Shown here: in pieces, positions 1 through 9,561 of the stretch
How the letters are laid out: each line of letters starts with the position of its first letter
How positions within the stretch are numbered: the stretch's first letter is position 1
Virus record (IMG/VR): IMGVR_UViG_3300002026_000008
Coordinates: 24,828-88,827 of that record
Reading direction: 5' to 3' (one strand)
Origin: a virus
Lineage: Duplodnaviria > Caudoviricetes
Length of the DNA stretch: 64,000 bases
Position numbers and translations under genes: made by a program
The notes under the pieces: generated by a model
The model's database searches: none
Told to the model about the DNA's origin: nothing
Seen by the model: only the letters and a program-made list of their open reading frames with translations

Positions 1-543
1 TGGAACTCTAGCAATTACTGCAGGTCCACCGGCAGTACCAGAACCACCAGGTTGACCGGTATTATTACCAGAATTACCCCATCTACCTTCACCTGGAGTA
101 TAGCCTGCTCCGCCAGCTCCACCAGTACCGAAATATTGATTACCACCAATACCACCGGTACCACCTGCTCCGACAATATAATAGTTGTTTACTAACGTGA
201 GTGATGACCCATTAGGGAAAGATGTTCCAGTGTCAAGAGCATATGCACTTGTGGTAGTAGAACCAATAATCACTCCACTATTCACGGTGTAAGTTGCTAT
301 TAACGGTAAAACACCATCCCATCCTGCAGCCAATGCTATCGTTCTCAAATTTTGATTAGTTGTAGTAGCACTAAAAACGTAATTAAGATTAAAAGCACGC
401 GTCCAAATAGGTCTCCAACCAAGACCTGATACGTTAACATATGCATTAGAAACCTGATGCCAGACGCCGCCGACATTGACCTTCGGTCCTGTTACAGCAG
501 GGCTTTGATGCCATACACCGCCGATATTAGTAAATATAGGCAT
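1..543 (-). CDS. Gly-rich tail fibre/receptor-binding protein, partial (runs off left edge)
   Basis: Not in ORF track. Manual translation from ATG at 543 gives MPIFTNIGGVWHQSPAVTGPKVNVGGVWHQVSNAYV...WRPIWT, then Gly-rich tracts; open to position 1. N-terminus paralogous to 896..1708. Confidence 0.8.
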   Translation of the reverse strand, partial: MPIFTNIGGVWHQSPAVTGPKVNVGGVWHQVSNAYVNVSGLGWRPIWTRAFNLNYVFSATTTNQNLRTIALAAGWDGVLPLIATYTVNSGVIIGSTTTSAYALDTGTSFPNGSSLTLVNNYYIVGAGGTGGIGGNQYFGTGGAGGAGYTPGEGRWGNSGNNTGQPGGSGTAGGPAVIARVP

Positions 544-544
544 A

Positions 545-877
545 TCAGATATATTGTAGCCAAATGTCACCAGGATTACCACCTGATGGACCGCCAGTTG
601 ATACAAATATCTTTGGTCCGCTGCCTGTTGATTTACTATCTAAACCATAAGAGTTAGCAGCCACGTGAGCAGTGTTTGCTGCTTTAGTTGAATTATCATT
701 TGCTAATGCAGTTGGAACATTGACAGTTCCTGTCAATGTTGGATTATTAATAGGAGCTTTCACAAGTCCTACATCATCAATATATTTTTTAATGCCGGCC
801 GGCGTTGTTTCGACACTCAATGAAGTCGAAACACTCGGGATGTCGATAACATCTGAATTTGCTTTTGTTAATGCCAT
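545..877 (-). CDS. Short tail-fibre adaptor-like protein (paralogue of 1711..2046)
   Basis: MALTKA start; NPTLTGT..P..NDNSTKAANTAHV tail-fibre repeat; C-terminus GSGPKIFVSTGGPSGGNPGDIWLQY. Confidence 0.7.
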   Translation of the reverse strand: MALTKANSDVIDIPSVSTSLSVETTPAGIKKYIDDVGLVKAPINNPTLTGTVNVPTALANDNSTKAANTAHVAANSYGLDSKSTGSGPKIFVSTGGPSGGNPGDIWLQYI

Positions 878-895
878 TTCAGTTCCTTTAAACTA

Positions 896-1708
896 TTACC
901 ATGTAATTGAGATATAACCATTGACGCCAACGCCGCCACTGCCCCATGAAGCGCCATTTCCACCAACTGGACCGAATGATAAGCCGCCGCCGCCGCCACC
1001 GCCTTGACAACCATCACCTGCTCCGGCATTACCCGATCCACCGCCTGCGCCGCCAGCACCATAACCATAACCACCATAACCACCATTTCCAATAGGACCA
1101 TCACCACCAGAACCAGAATTTACTGGACCGCCATTACCACCAATACCGCCGCCAGCACCATTTGCTCCTTTGCTACCAGCATTATACGGTAATCCTTGCG
1201 CACCGCCAGCAGCATATAAAGAACCAGCGGTATTTGTTCCTCCAGCCCTACCACCATTCGCAACAATTACTAAGCCAGAGGCAGCTATGCTAATTTGTGA
1301 ATTTGCGCCAGCAGTTGCTGCAGCGCCTCTAGCACCAACTATCACGGAAGCAGTTTGACCTGCAATAACAGGATATGAATTCGTTATATATTGACCGCCG
1401 CCACCGCCGCCACCTGCGCGGCCACCATCATCTGAACCATATGATGTACCAGCGCCACCTCCTCCGCCTCCGCCGATCATCATTACATTGATTGATGTCA
1501 CACCTAGTGGAATAATAAAGCTATATGTTCCTGCTGCCGACCAACTGATATTGCCAGGCACGTACTGTGTCCAAATAGGTTTCCAAACGCCAGCGACTTT
1601 TACCCACCCATTAGAAACCTGATGCCATACACCGGCAACCTTAATTTTAGGACCAGTGGCAGAAGTACTTTCGTGCCATACACCATTAACTCTAGTAAAT
1701 ATTGGCAT
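896..1708 (-). CDS. Glycine-rich tail fibre/receptor-binding protein
   Basis: xGVW repeats at N-terminus; TYSFIIPLGVTSINVMMIGGGGGGG...GGGGGQ glycine-rich domain; GYISITW C-terminus. Confidence 0.75.
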   Translation of the reverse strand: MPIFTRVNGVWHESTSATGPKIKVAGVWHQVSNGWVKVAGVWKPIWTQYVPGNISWSAAGTYSFIIPLGVTSINVMMIGGGGGGGAGTSYGSDDGGRAGGGGGGGQYITNSYPVIAGQTASVIVGARGAAATAGANSQISIAASGLVIVANGGRAGGTNTAGSLYAAGGAQGLPYNAGSKGANGAGGGIGGNGGPVNSGSGGDGPIGNGGYGGYGYGAGGAGGGSGNAGAGDGCQGGGGGGGLSFGPVGGNGASWGSGGVGVNGYISITW

Positions 1709-1710
1709 AA

Positions 1711-2046
1711 TTAAACGTATTGTAACCAGATATCATCATCAGCGCCGCCACTCGGAACAGCAGTTGAAACAAATACTTTTGGTCCGCTGCCAGTAGTCTT
1801 TGAGTTTTTACCATAAGAGCCTGCAGCCAATACTGAATTCACAAAAGCCGTTGTTGCTATCTGTGTGTTATTGCTAGTATTCAGTGGGGTGACAGATGTT
1901 GGAGCGCCTGTAAATGAAGGACTTGCTATAGCAGCATATGTACTAGACAAAAGCGCATTAAGTCCGCCAGGCGTATTGTCTGTAACCAGAGAAGTGGAAA
2001 TATCAGGTATACTTAATACGTCCTTTGTTGCTTTAGTGAGAGCCAT
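1711..2046 (-). CDS. Short tail-fibre adaptor-like protein (paralogue of 545..877)
   Basis: SPSFTGAPTSVTPLNTSNNTQIATTAFV classic tail-fibre repeat; same C-terminal GSGPK..ST..PSGG..DIWLQY motif. Confidence 0.75.
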   Translation of the reverse strand: MALTKATKDVLSIPDISTSLVTDNTPGGLNALLSSTYAAIASPSFTGAPTSVTPLNTSNNTQIATTAFVNSVLAAGSYGKNSKTTGSGPKVFVSTAVPSGGADDDIWLQYV

Positions 2047-2077
2047 AAAAACCTCGTAGTGATAATTAACTTATTGC

Positions 2078-2545
2078 TTATTTATTGCATCCTGAATTAT
2101 CGATATTAGATAGTGCAGAATTTAGTGCATTGAGATAGGATTTAATATGTTCTTTCTCATCCATTAGATATGAATTCTCTAATTCAATTCTACCAGAATA
2201 TAAAATCTTTAATGCATATTTGAATCTATTGTACATATCAGTAAACCACCAACCTACTAATGCGTACTGTGAAATAAACCAATTATTATTAGTCATCCAC
2301 ATTTTACGAAAATAATCATTAGATGAACCCAATTCAGCAGTTGATGCCGTATAATAGATTGTTACAGTAGTGCAGTTTAATTCTTTGTCAAATTCAACAG
2401 CTAATGATTGGTCGTGCTCTGAACTCTGACAAGCACAGATAGCTCGATAAGTTTTAAAATCAGGCAAGTCTATTGTTTGACAAATGTTATATGACACCGC
2501 CGTTGTAGACTCTTCACCTTGTAATTCAATTAATTGTTCTGCCAT
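2078..2545 (-). CDS. Hypothetical protein
   Basis: ORF; probable start MAEQLIE at 2545, preceded by AAGGAAG. Confidence 0.6.
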   Translation of the reverse strand: MAEQLIELQGEESTTAVSYNICQTIDLPDFKTYRAICACQSSEHDQSLAVEFDKELNCTTVTIYYTASTAELGSSNDYFRKMWMTNNNWFISQYALVGWWFTDMYNRFKYALKILYSGRIELENSYLMDEKEHIKSYLNALNSALSNIDNSGCNK

Positions 2546-2566
2546 ATAACTTCCTTTTAGAGGACA

Positions 2567-2600
2567 CAACAGGCCAGCCCTCCTTTTGGCTGGCCTGTTG
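2567..2600. terminator. Intrinsic terminator-like hairpin downstream of phoH
   Basis: 13-bp perfect stem caacaggccagcc/ggctggcctgttg with 8-nt loop. Confidence 0.7.
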
Positions 2601-2611
2601 GCGTATTAAAA

Positions 2612-3412
2612 TTATGCGTTAGCTAGAGTTTCAGTATTTGGTGTTAACAGCATACCAGCTGAAGAGTTCATATCATAACGCGACTTACCGTTAATTCGAC
2701 TCACGGGTGTTATTGTTGATACTGGGCTTTCCAGGTAATCAAGCATAACTGAGATAAGAGGATGTCTAACGATATCAGACTTATGAAATTCAATAACTTG
2801 TATTTTTTCATTTACTCCTTTCAAGCGTGAAATTGCCCAATTTAACCCACTTTCATTATGTTTTGGTAAATCCGACTGCTGTGGATCACCATTGATACAG
2901 AAAATGGAACCATAACCTAACCGTGTAAGAAACATATTCATCTGCTCTTTTGTCGTATTTTGTGCTTCATCAAGTACAACAAATGCATCATTGAGTGTTC
3001 GACCGCGCATATATGCTAAAGGTGCTACTTCTATTTTTCCAGAATCAATTAACTTTTTAGTCATTGTTGGGCCAATATGATCTTCAACTGCATCAAGAAT
3101 TGGTAACAAATAAGGATTAATTTTTTCTTCAAGCGTTCCTGGTAAGAAACCTAAATGTTCACCGGCTTCAACAATAGGTCGTGTGACAACAATGCGTGTC
3201 ACCTCATTATTCATAAGCTTTTCCAGTGCTACACCCATAACCAAGTATGTCTTACCGGTGCCGGCAGGACCATTACAGAATGTGATTGGGTAATTTCGAA
3301 GAGATTCTAGATAAAGCTCTTGGGCTACGTTACGAGCTTTAATTTGATGACGAAGCTTAAATGCTTTCGCTTCTTCTTGTTTAACTGGCTGTGGATACTT
3401 TTGTCTCGACAT
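2612..3412 (-). CDS. phoH: PhoH-family ATPase
   Basis: GPAGTGKT Walker A, TRPIVEAGEHLGFLPG, PLAYMRGRT, LDEAQN, GDPQQSDL, DIVRHPL. Confidence 0.95.
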   Translation of the reverse strand: MSRQKYPQPVKQEEAKAFKLRHQIKARNVAQELYLESLRNYPITFCNGPAGTGKTYLVMGVALEKLMNNEVTRIVVTRPIVEAGEHLGFLPGTLEEKINPYLLPILDAVEDHIGPTMTKKLIDSGKIEVAPLAYMRGRTLNDAFVVLDEAQNTTKEQMNMFLTRLGYGSIFCINGDPQQSDLPKHNESGLNWAISRLKGVNEKIQVIEFHKSDIVRHPLISVMLDYLESPVSTITPVSRINGKSRYDMNSSAGMLLTPNTETLANA

Positions 3413-3510
3413 ATATGCACTACTCCTTTTACTATTTTGTTTTTAGGAGGTAAGTAAAACGTTCAAAATCTGTTTCTTTTTGGGTGTATAGTCAGTAAGT
3501 AATCTCCTTT

Positions 3511-3876
3511 TTATTGTGCTTGAAGAACACTGTTCATAAAATTGACAGTGTTTATTGATGTGCCTAAAACACTCAAAGTATCATAACTATTCATTATCAC
3601 AATGATTTCGTTAGCAATACCGAGTTGAATTGTTGGTGTAGAGTTTAATAGCTCATCAACTAAACTTGGTGCGTGAAGCGCTGAATCACGATATTCATCG
3701 AGTGATGACCAATTAGATGGATCCTTAGCTAACTGAAGGAAAGTAATAACATTGGCTAATGTTACGGCTTGAGCCATATTAGTGATTTTACCATGCTTAA
3801 CAATTTCTTCAATTGTTAATTTCACAAGAGCTGGAACACGGCCTTCGTTTAATGTCTTAATTTCTGAAAGTTTCAT
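3511..3876 (-). CDS. Hypothetical late protein with possible capsid-targeting N-terminus
   Basis: MKLSEIKTLNE N-terminus ending in L-x-E; ATAAATA motif upstream at 3905-3911. Confidence 0.55.
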   Translation of the reverse strand: MKLSEIKTLNEGRVPALVKLTIEEIVKHGKITNMAQAVTLANVITFLQLAKDPSNWSSLDEYRDSALHAPSLVDELLNSTPTIQLGIANEIIVIMNSYDTLSVLGTSINTVNFMNSVLQAQ

Positions 3877-3904
3877 TTTATGCTCTCTACTAATTTGTTA
3901 AAAT

Positions 3905-3934
3905 TATTTATTGTGCCGCCGACGGCGATAAATA
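3905..3934. promoter_or_regulatory. Divergent pair of T4-type late promoter motifs (ATAAATA)
   Basis: ATAAATA on minus (3905-3911) and plus (3928-3934), flanking a small gccg-ccga-cggc hairpin between divergent genes. Confidence 0.55.
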
Positions 3935-3965
3935 GTTTTGTACTCTATTTCAAAAAGGTTAAACC

Positions 3966-4154
3966 ATGGATGAACAAGTTCTAGTATCTTCAGATGAGTG
4001 GGTAAATTTATCACTCGACAAGCTATTTGATCAACGCAATTTATTATTTGCGCGTTATGAATATCTGATTGTTTCAAAAAAGGATTACGCCGCCAGAATA
4101 TTAGAAGGGTTAACTAAATTAGACGACGTAATCGCGCAACGTATTAAGCAATAG
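3966..4154 (+). CDS. Small hypothetical protein
   Basis: 62 aa ORF downstream of late-promoter motif. Confidence 0.55.
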   Translation: MDEQVLVSSDEWVNLSLDKLFDQRNLLFARYEYLIVSKKDYAARILEGLTKLDDVIAQRIKQ

Positions 4155-4815
4155 GAGCAACTGTTTCTTTAGCTTTGCGCGGTTTTCTAGGCTTACGTTT
4201 TAGTACATCTGCAACTTCACTATCATCACGTAAAAATGGATCGCAAATCTTATCACATATTCCATATTTCAAACATTCCTCAGGTGTTAGATACATATCA
4301 GATGGTCCTACTAATACTTCTCTGATTTGTTTTTCTGACATTTTGGTATGTTTACGGAAATGATTCATAAATTGCCGTTCAAGTTGATCGTGCATTTTTC
4401 TAGCAGCGACCAATTCGTGTTGTTTACCATATGCGCCGCCGCTCCATTGATGTGCTAATACTAACGTATTTGGCGTCATAATGCGCATACCCTTGGTACC
4501 TGCAACGAAAATCATCAGACCCATAGATGAAATTTCACCTAGCGCAACGGTTGAAATAGGATTACCTGATGTTTCCATCATAGTAGTAATCGCCCAACCA
4601 TCGGTAACAGAACCACCTGGTGAATTAATAAAAAACGTTAATGGGAAATCTGGTTTGAGCATAATATTTGCTTTTAGAATAAATTCTACGCAACGCTCTG
4701 CTGTTATTTCATCAATTTGAGAAAAGATTGGAAATACACCAAAAGAAGATAAACTAACACTTTCAAATGATGGACCAACACTTAGTTCGCCGTCATTGTT
4801 TTGATCTTGAGCCAC
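4144..4815 (-). CDS. clpP: ClpP-family protease
   Basis: FFINSPGGSV, TVALGEISSMG (catalytic Ser region), LAHQWSGG (His), DMYLTPEECLKYGICDKI. Confidence 0.93.
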   Translation of the reverse strand: MAQDQNNDGELSVGPSFESVSLSSFGVFPIFSQIDEITAERCVEFILKANIMLKPDFPLTFFINSPGGSVTDGWAITTMMETSGNPISTVALGEISSMGLMIFVAGTKGMRIMTPNTLVLAHQWSGGAYGKQHELVAARKMHDQLERQFMNHFRKHTKMSEKQIREVLVGPSDMYLTPEECLKYGICDKICDPFLRDDSEVADVLKRKPRKPRKAKETVAPIA

Positions 4816-4894
4816 TAGACTTCTCCTTTATCTTTGTTTTAATATGAATATGTGTACAGTGTTATTTATTGTCTACGGTTGTCATTCATCCCCC

Positions 4895-4920
4895 AAAGCC
4901 GACATTTAAATGTCGGCTTT
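4895..4920. terminator. Perfect 26-bp palindrome/terminator-like hairpin
   Basis: aaagccgacattt-aaatgtcggcttt immediately after stop of 4924..5652. Confidence 0.65.
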
Positions 4921-4923
4921 GTT

Positions 4924-5652
4924 TTAAGTCCAGAGGAAATGTCTACGAGCTATAATCTTTTGCAACATTGTTTCATCAATCATTTCATATTCTTCTTGAA
5001 TTTCAAAATATTCTGAATTTGTCAAGAATTTTTCATTAACAATACCTTTACGCCTGTCATCTTGATCATCTAGTTCATCAAGCATATCAAACAGGTCAAC
5101 TTTTTTACGGCATTTACGTGGTTTTCTAACTATATTCATTACATATTCGACTCTATTAGGTCTACGATACTTATACCATTCATAGATATCGATGAGTTCC
5201 ATACTCATTTTATATTGACGGTCACTCCGAAATGTATTTTCTGCTGATTCTGGTGACCATCCGCCAGCGATATGTGAATCTATTGCTTTTTGTACTGCTT
5301 CATTACCTAACCACGTTTCAATATATTCCCTCATTTCTGAAGGTGAATATATTTTTGTTATTCGTTTGTCTTTTGCGTCCCATGATGGCTGAAATGGCTG
5401 TTCTTTTTCAACAAAATCAACAAGAATTTGAAATATTGCATGGAACATAACACTGTCACGATCATGCCAATCTGGACTAAGTTGTTCAATCTTAATCACG
5501 TTGTATGGCTTTAGCCGATTTCTCATCCAAATATAGATATCACGTAGTTTCCTACGTGGCTTCCACATATAGAAGGAATATGTTAATTCTTGCCAGCTGT
5601 CTTCTTTAAACAGTTTACACAGCAGGTGCTTTATTGGATTCTTCTCTGTCAT
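4924..5652 (-). CDS. Hypothetical protein
   Basis: 242 aa ORF, natural composition. Confidence 0.6.
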   Translation of the reverse strand: MTEKNPIKHLLCKLFKEDSWQELTYSFYMWKPRRKLRDIYIWMRNRLKPYNVIKIEQLSPDWHDRDSVMFHAIFQILVDFVEKEQPFQPSWDAKDKRITKIYSPSEMREYIETWLGNEAVQKAIDSHIAGGWSPESAENTFRSDRQYKMSMELIDIYEWYKYRRPNRVEYVMNIVRKPRKCRKKVDLFDMLDELDDQDDRRKGIVNEKFLTNSEYFEIQEEYEMIDETMLQKIIARRHFLWT

Positions 5653-6106
5653 TTTTTATTGCCCCGTTGGCTACATCAGTCAAAGCTTGACACATACCAA
5701 TTGAAATACATTCTTCGCGAGATGGAATTTCAAAGGTAGCAGGAACTGCAGAATCATCTTTTGATAAAATCTGTTCTTCTAAAACTGTAGCAAATCGCTT
5801 AATTGCTACATTCTTTCCCATTTCAGCAAAAACGTCAGCAACATAATCAGGAACACCTTCGAACGTGTAGATAACAGAACCGTCAGCAAGATGTTTTTCT
5901 TCAACAATACGCATATCACCACAGATACGTCCGGGTGTATAACTTTTGGTTTCTTTCACTGAGATTACGTTATGAAGAGACAATGCCTGCTGAAGCGCTT
6001 CTTCCTTTGTAAACCGTGTAGCTTCAGCTTCGCTGACCGAGTGGGTCTTGACAATGCCACTATAATACGTACCATTAATATACTGTAACAACCATTTCCT
6101 TTTCAT
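5615..6106 (-). CDS. Hypothetical protein
   Basis: 163 aa ORF overlapping stop of RNA ligase. Confidence 0.55.
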   Translation of the reverse strand: MKRKWLLQYINGTYYSGIVKTHSVSEAEATRFTKEEALQQALSLHNVISVKETKSYTPGRICGDMRIVEEKHLADGSVIYTFEGVPDYVADVFAEMGKNVAIKRFATVLEEQILSKDDSAVPATFEIPSREECISIGMCQALTDVANGAIKNDREESNKAPAV

Positions 6107-7215
6107 ATCTGCTCCAATGAATAAAATTCCTTTAAGAAATATTTCTTGAAATGACCAGCGTAATCCGGCTCTTGACCAGTATAGTGCTTGATCATCAATG
6201 CAAACAGTGGATGGTGACGTTGTGAAATTGCAAAATCTTTACGGCACAGATGCTTAAATGCCGATGTTGCAGCTTCTACAGTTTCACTCAATTCATTCAC
6301 ATGATTTACTACTCGCTGTTCAATTGCATTGATTCTGTCCATATTTGCGCCGATTTCCTTCATTGCTGTTTTCATATCATCGATAACTTCATCGATAACC
6401 ATTTCAGCAATAGCCCGCTCAGAACGGAAGACAACGGTGTGGTGTAAAGCCATATACCACTTTGTTTTCCATTTTGCCATTTGACCTGACATAAATTGGA
6501 TTACCCAGCCTTCAACGTGTTCACGTGTTTCCAGCGCGGCTTTCATCAAATCCTTATTAAAGACTGACAATTTAACAGGATCATATGCCTGAAATTCACA
6601 ACAAAAGTCAACCACTGGAATATTCAATTCATAATCAAAATCTTTTTCATATTCACCAGTGACATTGTCACGAACATTAAGCAGAGTAAGTTTGCGTTCT
6701 GCATAGGGCAGAACGATTCGGTGTTGTGGTGATGTGAATTCGTAAATTGTGGTGTATCCAAGTTCACACATCATACGCGCATAATCAGCAATTTGACGAT
6801 TTTCAGGCAGATGAATAAATTCTGTTGCAGCAATTGCAACATCACTTTCAAATGACTTTTTAGATTTGCATACTAGCTGACCATCAACGATAACAGGTGT
6901 GATCATTGATCCATCACGTTTATCCATTATGCGATAAACATCGTCCCAGGGCATCATATGTTCCTGAGTTTCTTCACGTTCATTGACATTGAAAAATTTA
7001 TGGAATGGGCGTGCGAGAATTTTACCATGACGATCAAATGTAATACCACGACATTCGCGTGCGAATTCTTTGTTTTCGCCATTGAAGGTATTTTCATTTG
7101 AAATCATATAACACACAACAGTACAACCATTAGGTTGTACCATTACACGGATTTCAGGTTTGTCTTGAATATGTGGAAGAAGATCATCGAGACAACTAAT
7201 ACGTGCAAACATCAT
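6103..7215 (-). CDS. T4 Rnl1-like RNA ligase
   Basis: ECRGITFD, PFHKFFNVNE, motif I KRDGSM, IYEFTSPQHRIV, EGWVI, KWKTKWY. Confidence 0.9.
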   Translation of the reverse strand: MMFARISCLDDLLPHIQDKPEIRVMVQPNGCTVVCYMISNENTFNGENKEFARECRGITFDRHGKILARPFHKFFNVNEREETQEHMMPWDDVYRIMDKRDGSMITPVIVDGQLVCKSKKSFESDVAIAATEFIHLPENRQIADYARMMCELGYTTIYEFTSPQHRIVLPYAERKLTLLNVRDNVTGEYEKDFDYELNIPVVDFCCEFQAYDPVKLSVFNKDLMKAALETREHVEGWVIQFMSGQMAKWKTKWYMALHHTVVFRSERAIAEMVIDEVIDDMKTAMKEIGANMDRINAIEQRVVNHVNELSETVEAATSAFKHLCRKDFAISQRHHPLFALMIKHYTGQEPDYAGHFKKYFLKEFYSLEQI

Positions 7216-7244
7216 ATATTCTCACATTGGTTGATAACAGATTC

Positions 7245-7274
7245 ATTATATCATCAATGCAAGAATAAGTAAAC
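7245..7274 (-). promoter_or_regulatory. Early sigma70-type promoter
   Basis: GTTTACT-17 nt-TATAAT upstream of RNA ligase; recurring motif. Confidence 0.75.
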
Positions 7275-7279
7275 ACTTA

Positions 7280-7453
7280 TTAGATAAGATTAAATCCTTT
7301 TACTAACATAAAAATGTCAAATATAAACTGAACAGCTAGAAGAGCATAAATCAACCCGAACCGATGATTATGCGTAGTATGAATATCGTGAATACACGCT
7401 AGTTTTTCTTCTACTTGTGTCACATTTACTATATCGTTGCTATAAGATTTCAT
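7280..7453 (-). CDS. Small membrane protein (57 aa, below ORF-track cut-off)
   Basis: GGAG then MKSYSNDIVNV...FGLIYALLAVQFIFDIFMLVKGFNLI; one hydrophobic segment. Confidence 0.55.
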   Translation of the reverse strand: MKSYSNDIVNVTQVEEKLACIHDIHTTHNHRFGLIYALLAVQFIFDIFMLVKGFNLI

Positions 7454-7464
7454 ATGGTTCTCCG

Positions 7465-8136
7465 TTATTTGGTGATAATTTTACCTTTGATTAATGTGAA
7501 TGGTGTTTTATGAGTTGTTATTTCATTCACCGTAATTTGTTTTTCCTGCTGTTTCTTTGCAGGTTTTTGATTCTTTTCAACTTCTGTAACAAGTGATTTA
7601 AAATCTAACTCTATTTTCTTTTGAATAATAGGAGCTTTGATTACTGGTGCAGTAACTTTTACACTTTCATCGATTTCTTTCTTAGTTGGTTTAATTTCAG
7701 TTTCAGTAAAATCGACAACCTTATCTTTCGGTTCTTCTATCTTAATCGGTTTCACATCAACTATTGGTGCAGGTTCAACTACTGGCTCCTTGACAACTGC
7801 TGGTTCAACAAATGTCTCATCTGAATGTGCTAATTCATCATACACCTGGCAATCGACCGTACCACTATCAGCAACTGTTACTTCACGTCGAATCACGGTA
7901 TGTAATTTACCAGCCAGGATAACATCAATAGTTAGTTGTACCTGACCGACATCGATAACATCTCTAACCGGTGTAACTAATGCAGACCATTCATTATTAC
8001 CAATTGATTTTGCAGTAAAGCATAATGCCGGGTCTTTGCCTAATACCACATTGACTACCGATGGAACAGCTGCTGTTCCATCGGTAGTCAATTTGAATTT
8101 CAGTTCAACAGTATCACCTAATGTAAAATTATTCAT
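7465..8136 (-). CDS. Hypothetical protein, beta-rich N-terminus, Pro/Lys/Glu-rich linker
   Basis: 223 aa ORF in virion-gene operon. Confidence 0.6.
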   Translation of the reverse strand: MNNFTLGDTVELKFKLTTDGTAAVPSVVNVVLGKDPALCFTAKSIGNNEWSALVTPVRDVIDVGQVQLTIDVILAGKLHTVIRREVTVADSGTVDCQVYDELAHSDETFVEPAVVKEPVVEPAPIVDVKPIKIEEPKDKVVDFTETEIKPTKKEIDESVKVTAPVIKAPIIQKKIELDFKSLVTEVEKNQKPAKKQQEKQITVNEITTHKTPFTLIKGKIITK

Positions 8137-8479
8137 ATTTTATCTCAAGCATTTGTAAATTTTCAATTGTTATAAATGGCGAAACATTGGCCATTGTTAT
8201 ATTTGTTGCATACACAATAGGCTCACCATCGTATGGCAAATTCTCTGCAGAATAATTGTATTCTGCTCCCATCAATTCTATCTTAATTTCAATAAACAGG
8301 TTTTCTGCTACTCTATCATCTACTAATTCATCACGTTCTACATATCGTCGCTGATTAACAATCGATGGAATAGACTGCGGTCGTTTTACCGTATCATAAG
8401 TTGTGCGAACAGGTGTAATGCTTCTACAACGTAGAGCATTAATCGTAAATGCATTAATTGAACACGCATTTATCGGCAT
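8129..8479 (-). CDS. Hypothetical protein
   Basis: 116 aa ORF coupled to neighbours. Confidence 0.55.
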   Translation of the reverse strand: MPINACSINAFTINALRCRSITPVRTTYDTVKRPQSIPSIVNQRRYVERDELVDDRVAENLFIEIKIELMGAEYNYSAENLPYDGEPIVYATNITMANVSPFITIENLQMLEIKYE

Positions 8480-9114
8480 TACTTACCTTTTCTAACCTCA
8501 AAAACTACTTCAAAATCTGGGCATTCATAGAACAAATGAGGATCCAAATTCTTCATAGGATTTTCTTTAATCATTCTTTCAAAATTTGCAAAGTCAGTGT
8601 AATAATCAGGAGATGCCATCAATGCATTACGCACCAATTCTGAACAGTTCATTGCATTATCATTATACAAATCTAATAACGTGTCATAAGGTTTACCTAG
8701 ATTCGTTTTTGCTTTATCAAGTGCTGCCGTCCATTCTTCAATTGTCATCGATTTCGGTTTTAATAATGCAACATCACTACACTCACCGAACACATAATCA
8801 AATGTTGAGTAGTGTACACCACGTCCAGTAGCTTCAACTAATCTAAAATCCTCGGTTGTAGTTACATCATCACCTTCTAGATTCATTAAGGCGTGTGCAT
8901 AATACCCAAACTTACCTGCAATAAACAAATGTGCAACAGCTTCAGCGTATGTTGATAAATGATTATCATGGCGTGTTAATATAATGTAGTAATCTGTTAC
9001 CATCATATCGCTAATAATTTTTTTACTCGCGTCACTGATTATATGTTTAGGTTTCCAATTAATTTTACCGATTAATGTAACCAACTTATCTAGAATCTTG
9101 CTAAAGATATTCAT
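8479..9114 (-). CDS. Permuted papain-like NlpC/P60 (YiiX/YaeF-type) hydrolase
   Basis: His first (YYAHALM), then LVEATGRGV, LGKPYD, and Cys last (NCSELV): permuted order. Confidence 0.75.
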   Translation of the reverse strand: MNIFSKILDKLVTLIGKINWKPKHIISDASKKIISDMMVTDYYIILTRHDNHLSTYAEAVAHLFIAGKFGYYAHALMNLEGDDVTTTEDFRLVEATGRGVHYSTFDYVFGECSDVALLKPKSMTIEEWTAALDKAKTNLGKPYDTLLDLYNDNAMNCSELVRNALMASPDYYTDFANFERMIKENPMKNLDPHLFYECPDFEVVFEVRKGK

Positions 9115-9123
9115 TTTAAAATC

Positions 9124-9561
9124 CTATGATGGTGCAGTGTTTGTTAAAATAACGGCTGCGCGACCTGGCGCAATAAGACCTATAGATTCAAGAAAATTTA
9201 CACCGGCTATAACATCAGGTAAATCTAAATTAACAACACCTGATACCTCTAGATCTTTAAAAATTGTTATTAGCATTGATCTGTACTGCGCAGGAATGGC
9301 AGTATTCGAACTAGCATTATCAAGTGAAATTCGTTCATTTAAAGTAAACATCTTTCTGAATTCAAATTTAGTAAGTTGCATTACCTTTGGTCCAAACGGA
9401 TTAGCAGCTATCCATTCATCTAGTGTGCGTTGTGCAGGCAAAGGGGTACCGTCTTCCCATACGATATTATCATAATTATCCGGATCACCGACGACGTGAC
9501 ATTTCACATTAGGAAATCCTAATCCAATTGCTTCAATATAAGTCAATGCCATTTTATGCAA
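9124..9561 (-). CDS. Putative tail-fibre assembly/chaperone protein
   Basis: IVWEDGTPLPAQRTLDEW motif typical of XkdW-like assembly proteins; follows fibre gene. Confidence 0.5.
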   Translation of the reverse strand: MHKMALTYIEAIGLGFPNVKCHVVGDPDNYDNIVWEDGTPLPAQRTLDEWIAANPFGPKVMQLTKFEFRKMFTLNERISLDNASSNTAIPAQYRSMLITIFKDLEVSGVVNLDLPDVIAGVNFLESIGLIAPGRAAVILTNTAPS

